Translations under genes and position numbers: made by a program
Notes under the pieces: model-generated
Told to the model about the DNA's origin: nothing
What the model saw: the letters and a program-made list of their open reading frames with translations, nothing else
The model's database searches: none
Shown here: positions 63,285 to 64,000 of the stretch, one piece after another
Layout: every line of letters starts with the position of its first letter
Numbering within the stretch: position 1 is the first letter of the stretch
NCBI GenBank assembly: GCA_002633005.1
Contig: NMRA01000578.1
Location: 7,298 to 71,297 of the forward strand
Direction of reading: 5' to 3'
From: Phoronis australis
Lineage: Eukaryota; Animalia; Phoronida
Length of the DNA: 64,000 bases

Positions 63285-64000
63285 GTGAGTGCAGTCAGGG
63301 CACCATCTGGAGGGCGTGTATGATGTTCAAATGGGTCCCGCTACTTGGATTCTTGCATGAATACAGTGCATGGGATAGAATACTCATTAAACTCAAACAG
63401 GGTCCAGTTGTGTTGTTTATAGGGCTATCTGTAGCCGTCTCTAAGCACCGTCTGTAAGATGTGTAGGATGAGCAAATGGTCCCGGACACTGACTAATTCT
63501 TGGAATTACACATGATAACGAAATTGATATTACAGTGCATGGGTTAAACTCCTCATGAGTCCTCGTAGCGGGTCCAGATTGGGGACTCATCTATGGTATG
63601 AAAAATGTTTAGCTGGTGGTCCAAATTTACGAGATTTGACAATTGCCGTACACGGGGATTTCTGGCGTCATATGGCAGGAAGGTAACTATTCACTTTAAA
63701 AACATGGCTGCCAGTACAGCATTTGCCTATCATCAGTGTGATATTTGTGGTAAAGATAAAATAGACAATAGTAGTCTGTGATCTTGATTTATGTATGAAT
63801 ATTAATCAAACTGAAACAATGAGTTGTAGATTTCAGTAAAATTTATCAATCAAAAAAGTTAAATTCTTTGTTTAGCCATCGTTTTTGCCAAGGTTGTCTT
63901 GAAACAGGCACTCTTCTCTCTTGTTCAAGCCATTGTTTTTTAAAACTGGCCATCCTAATGACAGTCATAACTGCCACTAGAAGTCAGTCACTAGTCAGTG

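Noticed and set aside
63545-63592. Hairpin with TCCTCG resembling an HDV-like ribozyme loop
   Set aside because: The required P3 and nested pseudoknot pairings could not be formed.

Overview
Eukaryotic (invertebrate, probably bilaterian) genomic DNA: AT-rich, with GT-AG introns and many short transposon-derived repeats. Four protein-coding genes were reconstructed by hand from splice sites and codon phase. (1) An RNF216/TRIAD3-type RBR E3 ligase on + has 16 exons from 1135 to 27772, and its 5' end lies upstream of the window. (2) A class A GPCR is nested antisense in an RNF216 intron (~18049-19062). (3) A complete 19-exon RBBP6/Mpe1 gene on - (56288->30754, ~1415 aa) is convergent with RNF216. 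(4) A TPR-protein gene begins on + at 61799, divergent from RBBP6. The window also holds a decayed BEL/Pao LTR-retrotransposon integrase, two tRNA-derived SINEs, several MITE families and two single-N overlap duplications that are probably assembly artefacts. The most interesting signal is in RBBP6 intron 3, which appears to offer two routes to a DWNN-only short isoform, matching the vertebrate autoregulatory isoform 3. Other notable signals are a back-to-back bidirectional poly(A) signal between the convergent genes and decayed tandem copies of the RING2 exon end in an RNF216 intron. No database searches were run; family calls rest on recognised motifs and on homologue sequences recalled from memory.
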